From: Candidatus Portiera aleyrodidarum
GTDB taxonomy: Bacteria; Pseudomonadota; Gammaproteobacteria; Johnevansiales; Johnevansiaceae
DNA: 32,000 nt
Assembly: GCF_000953295.1 (NCBI RefSeq)
Contig: NZ_LN649255.1
Coordinates: 30,001 to 62,000 of the forward strand
Direction: 5' to 3'
Part shown: one piece after another, positions 17,335 to 26,474 of the stretch
How positions within the stretch are numbered: position 1 is the first letter of the stretch
Layout: each line of letters starts with the position of its first letter
The notes under the pieces: generated by a model
Database searches by the model: none
Seen by the model: only the letters and a program-made list of their open reading frames with translations
What the model was told of the DNA's origin: nothing
Translations under genes and position numbers: made by a program

Positions 17335-18743
17335 TGACAGGCCAGACGCTTTATGATAAAATTTGGTATTCGCATCTAATAAAAGGACGTGAAGATGGAA
17401 CATCATTAATTTATATAGATCGTCATTTACTACATGAAGTTACATCTCCTCAAGCTTTTGAAGGTTTACGTTTAACTAATAGAAAAATTTGGAGAGTTGG
17501 GACAAATCTAGCTACTGTAGATCATAATGTCCCGACTAAATCTGAAGAACGTATTAATGGTATAAATGATGAGCTGTCAAGTATACAAGTGCAAATGTTA
17601 AAAAAAAATTGTAAAGCATTTTCAATAAAAAAATTTTTTAATATAAAAGATGTAAAACAAGGTATTGTACATGTTATAGGGCCTGAAAACGGTGCAACTT
17701 TACCTGGAATGACTGTTGTTTGTGGAGATTCTCATACATCAACTCATGGGGCTTTTTCAGCTTTGTCTTATGGAATTGGTACTTCTGAAGTTGAACATGT
17801 TTTAGCAACACAATGTTTATTACAACGAAAATTAAAAAATATGAAAATTTGTATTGAAGGTTATTTATCAAACAAAGTTACTGCTAAAGATTTAATCTTA
17901 TCAATTATAAATATTATTGGTACAGATGGAGGTTCCGGATATGCTATTGAATTTACAGGTAGTACTATAAAATCATTATCTATGGAAGGTAGAATGACCA
18001 TATGTAATATGGCAATTGAAGCAGGAGCAAAAGTAGGTTTAATAGCAGTAGATCAAACTACAATTAATTATCTACATGGGCGAACTTTAGCACCTAATAG
18101 ATATTGGCAAGATGCAAAAAAAAAATGGAAAAATTTATTTTCTGATTGTGATGCTATATTTGATAAAGATCTAAAAATAGATGCAAAAAATATTGAGCCG
18201 CAAGTTAGTTGGGGGACACAACCTGATATGGTTGTTGGTGTAAATGGTAAAATACCTAATCCTAAAGATGAATATAATAAACATGATCGCAATAATATAG
18301 AATTAGCTATAAAATATATGGGGTTAAAACCAGAACAAAAAATAGTAGATATTAAACTTGATCGGATTTTTATAGGATCTTGTACTAATTCTCGTATTGA
18401 AGATTTACGAATTGCCGCTAAAATAATTAAAAATCAACATATTGCTGCTAATATTAAACAAGCGATGGTAGTGCCTGGATCTGGATTAGTAAAAATTCAA
18501 GCTGAATTAGAAGGATTAGATGAATTATTTATTTCTGCAGGTTTTGAATGGCGTGAACCGGGTTGTTCAATGTGTTTAGCTATGAATTCTGATAAACTTG
18601 ATTTTGGTGAAAGATGCGCATCTACTTCTAATAGAAATTTTGAAAGTCGCCAGGGCTTTGGTGGGAGAACTCATTTAGTAAGTCCAGCAATGGCAGCAGC
18701 AGCCGCTATTGCTGGCCATTTTATCGATGTACGTTATATCTAG
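17334..18743 (+). CDS. leuC: 3-isopropylmalate dehydratase large subunit
   Basis: 469 aa. Contains [30 protein letters not shown], and the Fe-S Cys contexts [11 protein letters not shown] and GCSMCLAMN. Its start overlaps the aroC stop (TAATG). Confidence 0.97.
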   Translation: MTGQTLYDKIWYSHLIKGREDGTSLIYIDRHLLHEVTSPQAFEGLRLTNRKIWRVGTNLATVDHNVPTKSEERINGINDELSSIQVQMLKKNCKAFSIKKFFNIKDVKQGIVHVIGPENGATLPGMTVVCGDSHTSTHGAFSALSYGIGTSEVEHVLATQCLLQRKLKNMKICIEGYLSNKVTAKDLILSIINIIGTDGGSGYAIEFTGSTIKSLSMEGRMTICNMAIEAGAKVGLIAVDQTTINYLHGRTLAPNRYWQDAKKKWKNLFSDCDAIFDKDLKIDAKNIEPQVSWGTQPDMVVGVNGKIPNPKDEYNKHDRNNIELAIKYMGLKPEQKIVDIKLDRIFIGSCTNSRIEDLRIAAKIIKNQHIAANIKQAMVVPGSGLVKIQAELEGLDELFISAGFEWREPGCSMCLAMNSDKLDFGERCASTSNRNFESRQGFGGRTHLVSPAMAAAAAIAGHFIDVRYI

Positions 18744-18753
18744 GAAAGAAAAA

Positions 18754-19380
18754 ATGGAAAAATTTATTAATCACAAAGGTTTAGTTGTACCTTTTAATAG
18801 ATCTAATATAGATACTGATTTAATTATTCCTAAACAATTTTTAAAATCAATTAAACGTAGTGGGTTTGGTATTAATTTATTTGATGGGTTACGTTATATT
18901 GATGAAGGTTATACAGGAAAAAAAATCCGTTTAATAAATAAAGATTTTGTATTAAATAAATATAGATATAAAGGAGCTAGTATATTATTAGCGCGTAAGA
19001 ATTTTGGATGTGGAAGTTCTAGAGAACATGCAGTTTGGGCTCTTAAAGAATCTGGTTTTAAAGTAATTATAGCACAAAGTTTTGCAGAAATATTTTATAA
19101 TAATGCTTTAAAAAATGGTATTCTTCTTATAAATTTAAAAAATTTTTTTATTGAGGAAATTTTTTTATCTATATACAACCAGAAAGGTTATATGTTAAAT
19201 ATAAATTTGACAAAACAAATAATATATAAACAAAGTGGAAAAAAGATTAATTTCTCAATAGATCCTTTTAGTAAATATTGCTTAGAAAATGGTTTAGATG
19301 ATATAGGTATTACTTTAAAAGAAATTAATGCTATCAAACTGTTTGAAAAAAGTCATAAAAAAAATAATCCTTGGTTATAA
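18754..19380 (+). CDS. leuD: 3-isopropylmalate dehydratase small subunit
   Basis: I chose the start at MEKFINHKGLVVPFNRSNIDTDLIIPKQFLK, which has AGGAAAG 6 nt upstream. The ORF-track start at 18709 would overlap leuC and add 15 non-conserved residues. GCGSSREHA is present. Confidence 0.93.
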   Translation: MEKFINHKGLVVPFNRSNIDTDLIIPKQFLKSIKRSGFGINLFDGLRYIDEGYTGKKIRLINKDFVLNKYRYKGASILLARKNFGCGSSREHAVWALKESGFKVIIAQSFAEIFYNNALKNGILLINLKNFFIEEIFLSIYNQKGYMLNINLTKQIIYKQSGKKINFSIDPFSKYCLENGLDDIGITLKEINAIKLFEKSHKKNNPWL

Positions 19381-19400
19381 ATAAAAAAAGATAAAATAAT

Positions 19401-20492
19401 ATGAAAAATGAAATTTTAATATTACCAGGTGATGGAATTGGACCTGAAGTAATAAATGAAGCTGTTAAAGTTATTAAACTTTTGCAAAAAAATAAATTAA
19501 TTAATTCAGTTATTCGTTATGCTAAAATTGGAGGTTCTGCAATAGAGACATTAGGTTTACCACTTCCAAATGAAACATTAAACGCGGCAAAATCAGCTCG
19601 TGCAATTATACTAGGTGCTGTAGGTGGTTATCAGTGGGATAAGATAAAAGAATTTAATAAACGTCCTGAATATGGATTATTAAAATTACGTAAATCATTA
19701 AATTTTTTTGCTAATTTAAGAAATACTATTTTTTATTCACAAATTTTATCATCAAATCTTAAATCAGAAATCTTATCAAATGTTAATATTATGATTGTAC
19801 GAGAATTAAGTCAGGGGATTTATTTTGGGAAGCCGAGAGGTATTTATTATAATGAATATGGTTTACGTTATGGATATAATACCTCTTGTTATGATGAAAA
19901 AGCAATACGTAGAATTGGTATAATAGCTTTTGAACTTGCGAAAAAACGGAAAAAAAAACTTTGCTCTGTGGATAAAGCTAACGTTATAGAAGTTACAATG
20001 TTATGGAGAGAAATAATTACTGAATTATCTAATGAATATCCTGATGTTAAATTATCTCATTTATATATTGATAACGCGGCATTGCAGCTTATATTATCAC
20101 CAAAGCAATTTGATGTGATAGTTACTGGAAATATGTTTGGCGATATTTTATCTGATGAAGCAGCTAATTTGACAGGATCAATAGGTATGTTACCTTCAGC
20201 TTCTATAAATTCTATAGGACAATGTTTATTTGAACCATGTCATGGAAGTGCGCCAGATATTGCTAATAAAGGAATTGCTAACCCTATTGCTACAATTTTA
20301 TCAGTTTCCATGATGTTACATTATTCTTTACAAAAACCTTTATTATCTAAATATTTAAATTTAGCTATAAATAATGTTTTAAATAAAGGTATTCGTACTG
20401 CAGATATAAATTCGACTGGGAAAAATTTAGTATCTACAAAAATAATGGGGGATGTAATAATTGAAGAATTTAAAAAAATAATTAAAATATAA
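19401..20492 (+). CDS. leuB: 3-isopropylmalate dehydrogenase
   Basis: 363 aa. Contains ILPGDGIGPEV, VRELSQGIYFG, NMFGDILSDEAANLTGSIGMLPSAS and GSAPDIA. Confidence 0.96.
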   Translation: MKNEILILPGDGIGPEVINEAVKVIKLLQKNKLINSVIRYAKIGGSAIETLGLPLPNETLNAAKSARAIILGAVGGYQWDKIKEFNKRPEYGLLKLRKSLNFFANLRNTIFYSQILSSNLKSEILSNVNIMIVRELSQGIYFGKPRGIYYNEYGLRYGYNTSCYDEKAIRRIGIIAFELAKKRKKKLCSVDKANVIEVTMLWREIITELSNEYPDVKLSHLYIDNAALQLILSPKQFDVIVTGNMFGDILSDEAANLTGSIGMLPSASINSIGQCLFEPCHGSAPDIANKGIANPIATILSVSMMLHYSLQKPLLSKYLNLAINNVLNKGIRTADINSTGKNLVSTKIMGDVIIEEFKKIIKI

Positions 20493-20513
20493 ACAAAATA
20501 ATTAGGAAAATTT

Positions 20514-21605
20514 ATGCTTAAAATTGGTTTTGTTGGTTGGAGAGGGATGGTTGGTTCAGTTTTAATTCAACGTATGATTGAAGAAAATGATTTTAATTAT
20601 ATTGAACCTATTTTTTTTTCTACTACTAAATTTGGGCAAATTTGTCCTATTTTTGGTACAAATATACAAGATGCTTATGATATAAATAAACTTAAAAAAT
20701 TAAATGTAATTATTACTTGCCAAGGAGGAGATTATACAGATAGGGTTTATAATAGTTTACGTGCTTCAGGCTGGAAAGGTTATTGGGTTGATTCATCAAG
20801 TAAACTTAGAATGGATAGGAATTCAATTATTGTATTAGATCCTATAAATATTAATGTTATAGAACAAAGCTTGTATTTCGGTATAAAAAATTTTATTGGG
20901 GGTAACTGTACAGTAAGTTTAATGTTGTTAAGTTTAGGTGGTTTATTTAAACATAATCTTATAGAATGGATTAATTCTATGACATATCAAGCAGCTTCCG
21001 GAGCAGGATCTAAGCACATGATTGAGTTGTTAAATCAAATGCGTATACTTGGTAATATAGTTAATAATAAAAATCATGCAAAATCTATTTTAGAAATTGA
21101 TTCTAAAATAACTAAGTATATGAGTAAACTACCTATAAAAAATTTTGGTGCTCCTCTAGCTGGAAGTTTAATTCCTTGGATAGATAAAAAAATAGATAAT
21201 GGACAAACTAAAGAAGAATGGAAAGGAAATGTAGAAACTAATAAAATTTTAGGTTTTTATCCTAATACTATCAAAATAGACGGGATATGTGTAAGAATAG
21301 GTGCTATGCGTTGTCACTCTCAGGCATTTATTATAAAGTTGAAAAAAGATATCCCTATAAATGAAATAGAATCAATACTTAAAGAGCATAATCCTTGGGT
21401 GAAAGTTATAAAAAATGATATAAATTATAGTTTAAAAAAATTAACACCTGCCGCTGTAACAGGGACGATGTCCATACCAATTGGTAGAATACGTAAGTTA
21501 TCTATGGGAAAAAAATATATAAGTGCATTCACTGTTGGAGATCAATTATTATGGGGAGCTGCAGAACCTATTAGAAGAATGCTTAAAATATTAGTTATGT
21601 CATAA
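20514..21605 (+). CDS. asd: Aspartate-semialdehyde dehydrogenase
   Basis: 363 aa. Contains GFVGWRGMVGSV, active-site GGNCTVSLM and YQAASGAG. Confidence 0.96.
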   Translation: MLKIGFVGWRGMVGSVLIQRMIEENDFNYIEPIFFSTTKFGQICPIFGTNIQDAYDINKLKKLNVIITCQGGDYTDRVYNSLRASGWKGYWVDSSSKLRMDRNSIIVLDPININVIEQSLYFGIKNFIGGNCTVSLMLLSLGGLFKHNLIEWINSMTYQAASGAGSKHMIELLNQMRILGNIVNNKNHAKSILEIDSKITKYMSKLPIKNFGAPLAGSLIPWIDKKIDNGQTKEEWKGNVETNKILGFYPNTIKIDGICVRIGAMRCHSQAFIIKLKKDIPINEIESILKEHNPWVKVIKNDINYSLKKLTPAAVTGTMSIPIGRIRKLSMGKKYISAFTVGDQLLWGAAEPIRRMLKILVMS

Positions 21606-21613
21606 TTATCTTT

Positions 21614-22447
21614 ATGAATTTTTTTAACAAATTAAATGAAAATTATTTTATTTCTGGACGTATAGCGCTAGGGATTGAATACATTGGTAGTGAATATTTT
21701 GGCTGGCAAAGGCTTAAACAATATAATACTATACAACAAACTATAGAAGAAGCTTTAAAAATATTTACAGGACAAAAAATTACTTTAAAAGCTAGTTCCC
21801 GTACAGATTCAGGGGTTCATGCAACACGGCAAATTGCACATTTTGATTCACATATTTGTCGGAGTCAAAAATCATGGGTAATGGGTATTAATTATTATTT
21901 ACCTATTGATATTAGGATTCGTTGGGCTGTTAAAGTATCAGAGACTTTTAATTCTCGTAAAGCAATAGCTAGAAGATATAGATATTTAATTTATAATAAT
22001 TTTAAACCATCAGCTTTTATACATCAGACGATGATTTGGCATAAAACCCCTCTAAATATAAATAAAATGCAGATTGCTGCTCAAAGTTTAGTTGGTAAAC
22101 ATGATTTTACATCTTATCGGTCTTCAAGTTGTCAATCTATAAATACAATTAAAAATTTACATTTTATTGAAATACGTAGATATGGTCCAATATTAATAAT
22201 TGATTTACAAGCAAATTCATTTTTACATCATATGGTAAGAAATATTGTTGGAGTTTTATTAGAGATTGGGGATGGTCGGCGGTCAATAAATTGGTGCAAT
22301 GAAATTTTATTAAAAAAAAATCGTAATGAAGCAGGAATAACAGCTAAAGCACAAGGTTTATATTTGGTTGATGTTATATATCATAAAGAATTACAAAATA
22401 AATTACCAATTGATCCTATTGGCCCTCCTCATTTATTTTATATATAA
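21614..22447 (+). CDS. truA: tRNA pseudouridine(38-40) synthase
   Basis: 277 aa. Contains GIEYIGSEYFGWQR, the catalytic SRTDSGVHA, and FLHHMVRNIVG. Confidence 0.93.
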   Translation: MNFFNKLNENYFISGRIALGIEYIGSEYFGWQRLKQYNTIQQTIEEALKIFTGQKITLKASSRTDSGVHATRQIAHFDSHICRSQKSWVMGINYYLPIDIRIRWAVKVSETFNSRKAIARRYRYLIYNNFKPSAFIHQTMIWHKTPLNINKMQIAAQSLVGKHDFTSYRSSSCQSINTIKNLHFIEIRRYGPILIIDLQANSFLHHMVRNIVGVLLEIGDGRRSINWCNEILLKKNRNEAGITAKAQGLYLVDVIYHKELQNKLPIDPIGPPHLFYI

Positions 22448-22466
22448 AAAAATGGAGTATATTTTA

Positions 22467-23108
22467 ATGAAAACCAAAAAAAAAATAAGAAGAGTAAGAG
22501 TTAAATATTGTGGAATTACTAATAAATCAGATCTAAAAGAGGCAGTAAATTATGGGGTAGATGCACTAGGTTTTATACTTTGGCCGGGGAGTAAACGTTC
22601 TATTGATATTTATCGGTTAATTATTTTATCTTATAAAGTTCCTGTTTTTGTTTCACGTGTTGGGATTTTTTTTAATCAAAGTTATGATTTTATATCTTGT
22701 TGTGTTCCTTATTTAGATATTTTACAATTTCATGGGAATGAAACTTCTAATTTTTGTAATTTATTTAATAAACCATGGATAAAAGCATTACGTATGTTTA
22801 ACAAGATAGATATACTAATGGAATCAGAAATTTATAGTAAAGCATCAGGTTTACTTTTAGATACTTATACTACAGATGTACCAGGAGGAACAGGAAAAAT
22901 TTTTGATTGGTATAAAATTAAACCAAATATTAAAAATAATATAATTTTAGCAGGTGGATTAAATCATTTTAATGTAAATAAAGCTATTAATATAGTTTTA
23001 CCTTTTGGTGTAGATGTTGCTAAAGGTATTGAATTATCAGAAGGTATAAAAGATACATATAAAATGAATGCTTTTGCTGTAGCTGTTAATCACGCAAATA
23101 ATATATAA
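22467..23108 (+). CDS. trpF: N-(5'-phosphoribosyl)anthranilate isomerase
   Basis: VKYCGITN...DALGFILWPGSKRSI, QFHGNE and LAGGLN blocks are present. I chose the ATG at 22467 (GGAG 9 nt upstream). The ATG at 22452 is also possible. The ORF-track start at 22368 lies inside truA. Confidence 0.88.
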   Translation: MKTKKKIRRVRVKYCGITNKSDLKEAVNYGVDALGFILWPGSKRSIDIYRLIILSYKVPVFVSRVGIFFNQSYDFISCCVPYLDILQFHGNETSNFCNLFNKPWIKALRMFNKIDILMESEIYSKASGLLLDTYTTDVPGGTGKIFDWYKIKPNIKNNIILAGGLNHFNVNKAINIVLPFGVDVAKGIELSEGIKDTYKMNAFAVAVNHANNI

Positions 23109-23141
23109 AATTTTTATTAAAAAAAATAGGATATGTAAAAA

Positions 23142-23747
23142 ATGGGTTTATTATCTGGATGCAATGGTTTAATATTAGGTGGAGCTTTAATTGTGGTAAT
23201 AGGAGCGCAAAATGCATTTGTTTTAAATCAAGGATTACGTGGTAATTATCCCTGGATGGTTGCATTAATATGTGCATTATGTGATGTAATATTAACTTCA
23301 ACCGGAGTTGCAGGACTTTCAGTATTTATTCAAAAACATAAAGATTTTATTATTATTGCACGTTGGATAGGTATATTATTTTTAATATTACAATCTATAA
23401 AAGCTTTTATACGTATGCATGAATCAGAACAATTGTTTATCAGTAAATATTGTTATAAAGGAAGATTAAGTATTGTTTTAAGTACACTTGCTGTTACTTT
23501 ACTTAATCCACATGTTTATTTTGATACATTATTAATGTTAGGTACTATTGGGGCTTCTCAGGCTTATCCTTGGGTGTTTGTATTGGGAGCTGGTTTAGCT
23601 TCTTTTTTATGGTTTTTTAGTTTAATATTTATAGCTAGAAGATTGAAAATATTACTATCATCTTATCAGAATGTATGGAGATTAATAGATTTTATTACTG
23701 GAATAATTTTGTTAATTGTAGCTTGGCAATTAATAATACCTATTTAA
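23142..23747 (+). CDS. LysE/ArgO-family basic amino-acid exporter
   Basis: 201 aa with about 6 hydrophobic segments. The N-terminal GGALIVVIGAQNAFVLNQGLRGNY matches the LysE/ArgO signature (GxQNxFVLxQG). LLNPHVYFDT is also present. Confidence 0.85.
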   Translation: MGLLSGCNGLILGGALIVVIGAQNAFVLNQGLRGNYPWMVALICALCDVILTSTGVAGLSVFIQKHKDFIIIARWIGILFLILQSIKAFIRMHESEQLFISKYCYKGRLSIVLSTLAVTLLNPHVYFDTLLMLGTIGASQAYPWVFVLGAGLASFLWFFSLIFIARRLKILLSSYQNVWRLIDFITGIILLIVAWQLIIPI

Positions 23748-23756
23748 AATAAAAAT

Positions 23757-25013
23757 ATGTTAAATATTAAATTAATTTGTAAAAATTTTAATAATGTTGT
23801 AAAAAAATTAGCTAACCGTGGTTTTGAATTAGATATTAAATTTTTTAAAAATTTGCTAGAATTACGCAATAAACTTAAAAAGAAGACTGAAAACTTACAA
23901 AATAAACGTAATATTATATCTAAAGATATAGGGAATATAAAAAAAACAGGTGCAAATATAAAGCATCTAATTTTAGAAGTTAATAAATTAAATAAAAAAC
24001 TTCACAAAACTAGTTTACGGTTTGAAGCAACAAAAAATAAATTTTTTAAGATTTTTTTTAAAATACCAAATTTACCACACAAAAGTGTGCCAATAAAAAA
24101 AAATATTGAAATAAACCGTTGGGGAATTCCTAAAAAATTTAAGTTTGAAATACGTGATCATATAAAAATAGGATCAATAAATGGTGAACTTGATTTTGAA
24201 TTAGCAACTAAACTCACTGGTTCAAGGTTTACTGTAATACGTGGTAATTTAGCTAAATTACATCGTGCTTTAATACAATTTATGCTAGATAAGCAAGTTA
24301 ATGAACATGGTTATGAAGAAATGTATGTACCATATATAATAAATAGAAATTCTTTATTAGGGACTGGTCAATTACCTCAATTTTATAAAAATATTTTTTC
24401 ACTTGACGGAGAAAATGAATATTTTCTTATTCCTACAGCTGAAGTTCCTTTAGTTAATAGTGTAAGTGGGAAAATATTAAATATAAAAGATTTGCCAATT
24501 AAATTAACAGCACACTCTCCTTGTTTTAGAAATGAACCTGTATCTTATGGTAGTGATTATCGTGGAATGTTAAGACAACATCAATTTGATAAAATAGAAT
24601 TGGTACAAATTGTCCATCCTAATAAATCTTATGTTGTATTAGAAGATATGACTAAACATGCTGAAGAAATTTTAAAAGCATTAAATTTACCGTATAGAGT
24701 TATAAATTTATGTACTAAAGATATAAGTTTTTGTGCATCTAAAACTTATGATCTAGAAGTCTGGATACCTAGCCTAAACAGCTATCGAGAAATATCTTCT
24801 ATATCTAATTGTGAAGATTTTCAAGCTAGAAGAATAAAAACTAGATTTCGTAAAAATAAAGAAAAACCAACTTTTGTGCATACACTTAATGGCTCTGGGA
24901 TAGCTGTAGGTCGTTGTTTGTTAGCTATAATGGAAAATTATCAAAACGAAGATGGGTCGATTACAGTACCTGAAATATTACGGAGTTATATGGGGGGTAT
25001 TAAACGAATTTAA
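23757..25013 (+). CDS. serS: Seryl-tRNA synthetase
   Basis: 418 aa with an N-terminal coiled-coil arm. Class II motifs are present: FRNE..S.G.D.RG..R.HQF.K.E, YDLEVW and TLNGSG.AVGR. Confidence 0.96.
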   Translation: MLNIKLICKNFNNVVKKLANRGFELDIKFFKNLLELRNKLKKKTENLQNKRNIISKDIGNIKKTGANIKHLILEVNKLNKKLHKTSLRFEATKNKFFKIFFKIPNLPHKSVPIKKNIEINRWGIPKKFKFEIRDHIKIGSINGELDFELATKLTGSRFTVIRGNLAKLHRALIQFMLDKQVNEHGYEEMYVPYIINRNSLLGTGQLPQFYKNIFSLDGENEYFLIPTAEVPLVNSVSGKILNIKDLPIKLTAHSPCFRNEPVSYGSDYRGMLRQHQFDKIELVQIVHPNKSYVVLEDMTKHAEEILKALNLPYRVINLCTKDISFCASKTYDLEVWIPSLNSYREISSISNCEDFQARRIKTRFRKNKEKPTFVHTLNGSGIAVGRCLLAIMENYQNEDGSITVPEILRSYMGGIKRI

Positions 25014-25022
25014 GTAATAAGT

Positions 25023-25107
25023 GCCGAGCTGGTGAAAATTGGTAAACACGCGGGTTTTAGGTACCTGTGTCTCAAAGGACGTGGGGGTTCAAGTCCCCCG
25101 CTCGGCA
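25023..25107 (+). tRNA. tRNA-Leu (anticodon UAG), type II with long variable arm; 3' CCA not encoded
   Basis: Hand fold:
- acceptor stem GCCGAGC/GCTCGGC;
- U8 G9;
- D stem GTG/CAC with an AAAATTGGTAAA loop;
- anticodon stem CGGGT/ACCTG with loop TT-TAG-GT (anticodon at 25058-25060);
- 15-nt variable arm;
- T arm GGGGG-TTCAAGT-CCCCC;
- discriminator A73, followed by CAA rather than CCA. Confidence 0.85.
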
Positions 25108-25121
25108 CAATAAGAAAATAA

Positions 25122-25478
25122 ATGAAAAATAAAAAAAAAATAATATTAATAAACAAGAAGTATATTGAATTAGATTCTGAAGGATATTTAAAATATGTTA
25201 ATGATTGGAATCCTTATGTTGGACATGAATTAGCTTATAAAGAAGGACGTAAACTTCTTTCTTCACATTGGGAAATAATATTATTATTACGTAAATTTTA
25301 CTATAAATATAAAATATCACCTACTATGATTCCTTTAATTAATGAAATTAAACAAATAAATTATAAGAAAGGAAATTCTATTTATTTACTTAAATTATTT
25401 ACTTCTAAAACTTTAGAAAGTCCAGCACGTATTGCAGCAAGAATAGCTGGATTGCCGAAACCAAAATATTGTATATAA
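25122..25478 (+). CDS. tusE: Sulfurtransferase TusE / DsrC family
   Basis: 118 aa. Contains LDSEGYLK, HWEIILLLRKFYYKYKISP, and the diagnostic C-terminus IAGLPKPKYCI carrying the conserved penultimate-region Cys. Confidence 0.85.
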   Translation: MKNKKKIILINKKYIELDSEGYLKYVNDWNPYVGHELAYKEGRKLLSSHWEIILLLRKFYYKYKISPTMIPLINEIKQINYKKGNSIYLLKLFTSKTLESPARIAARIAGLPKPKYCI

Positions 25479-25482
25479 GAAA

Positions 25483-26055
25483 ATGAATAAATCAATTAAA
25501 GAAAGTAATATTCTTATTACTAAAAGTGCACAAAATTATTTAGCTAATCTTTTATATAATCATAATCTGGCTACTGGGGTTAGAATCTTTATAAATAAAA
25601 AATACGCTGAACCTAGTATAGAGTTTTGTTATAAATTATCAGATAACGATATAAAAATAAAATTATCAAAATTAAATGTATACTTAGATAAAGAAAGTTT
25701 ACCTTTTATAAAAAATGCTGTAGTAGATTTTACTATGGATAGATTAGGCGGGAAATTAACAATTAAAATTCCTAAAACTGAAAATAACTATGATTTGGAA
25801 AATAAAGTTAATTTGATAATTGATAATGAAATTAATCCTAGTTTAGCTAAACATGGGGGTGTTATTAGGTTAATAAAGATTACTAATGAAAAAATTGCTA
25901 TATTGCAATTTGATGGGGGGTGTAAAGGATGTGTATCAGTAAATTTAACGTTAAAAAAGCATGTAAAAAGAATTTTGTTAGAACGCATACCAGAATTAAC
26001 AGAAATTCTTGATTTAACTGATCATTCTGATAATAATAAAGCTTATTACAAATGA
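25483..26055 (+). CDS. nfuA: Fe/S cluster biogenesis protein NfuA
   Basis: 190 aa. An N-terminal A-type-like (degenerate) domain is followed by a C-terminal Nfu domain with INPSLAKHGG...FDGGCKGCVSVNLTLK (CxxC). Confidence 0.85.
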   Translation: MNKSIKESNILITKSAQNYLANLLYNHNLATGVRIFINKKYAEPSIEFCYKLSDNDIKIKLSKLNVYLDKESLPFIKNAVVDFTMDRLGGKLTIKIPKTENNYDLENKVNLIIDNEINPSLAKHGGVIRLIKITNEKIAILQFDGGCKGCVSVNLTLKKHVKRILLERIPELTEILDLTDHSDNNKAYYK

Positions 26056-26474
26056 AAAGAAGTATTGAATATATTCAAAAAAAAATTATAAAAGAATTAA
26101 AATTTTTCGATAACTGGATAGATCGGTATAAATATATACTTGATTTAGGTAAAACTTTACCTGAAATGCCTGCTAAATGGAAAAAACCTAAATATCTTAT
26201 ATCTGGCTGTCAATCTAATGTATGGATAAATCATAAAATCTATGATAAAAAAATTCATTTTTTTGCTACTTCTGATGCAGCAATAGTTTTAGGTTTAATT
26301 GCTATTATATTAAAAATTTATAATTATAGAAATCCAAGAGAAATTTTATCTTCCCCATTAGATATAAAAAAATTTGTAGGGATAGAACAACATTTATCAA
26401 TAACAAGAAATAATGGGTTAAATGCTATGTTAGCACATATATATTATATAGCATCTATCCATATAACAAATTAG
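26052..26474 (+). CDS. SufE/CsdE-family cysteine-desulfurase sulfur acceptor
   Basis: 140 aa. The motif ISGCQSNVWI (active-site Cys loop GCQS.VW) is diagnostic of the SufE family. Its ATGA overlaps the nfuA stop. Confidence 0.8.
   Translation: MKRSIEYIQKKIIKELKFFDNWIDRYKYILDLGKTLPEMPAKWKKPKYLISGCQSNVWINHKIYDKKIHFFATSDAAIVLGLIAIILKIYNYRNPREILSSPLDIKKFVGIEQHLSITRNNGLNAMLAHIYYIASIHITN

Noticed and set aside
17674-18292. Two minus-strand ORFs (17674-17871 and 18068-18292)
   Set aside because: Both lie antisense inside leuC, which is conserved along its full length.
18709-18753. Upstream start for leuD given by the ORF track ([15 protein letters not shown]...)
   Set aside because: It would overlap the leuC 3' end by 35 nt and add non-conserved residues. 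The ATG at 18754 has an AGGAAAG Shine-Dalgarno sequence and begins at the conserved LeuD N-terminus.
22368-22466. Upstream start for trpF given by the ORF track
   Set aside because: This part of the ORF lies inside the truA coding region in another frame. TrpF homology begins at VKYCGITN, just after the ATG at 22467 (22452 remains a possible alternative).
23086-23301. 71-aa minus-strand ORF
   Set aside because: It is antisense across the trpF end and the LysE-family gene start, and has no motifs.
25023-25107. Expectation that the tRNA downstream of serS would be tRNA-Ser
   Set aside because: Hand folding gives anticodon loop TT-TAG-GT with a G after the anticodon and an A73 discriminator. 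Those are tRNA-Leu(UAG) features, not Ser. Shifting the acceptor stem by 2 nt (GTGCCGA/TCGGCAC) breaks the T-arm/acceptor junction.
25788-25988. 66-aa minus-strand ORF
   Set aside because: It is antisense within the nfuA Nfu domain.
26455-26474. 20-nt overlap of the convergent SufE-like and hisI 3' ends as a possible antisense regulatory module
   Set aside because: The overlap involves only the non-conserved C-terminal tails of both proteins. It is most simply explained by stop-codon drift in a compacting genome. No structure or motif is associated with it.
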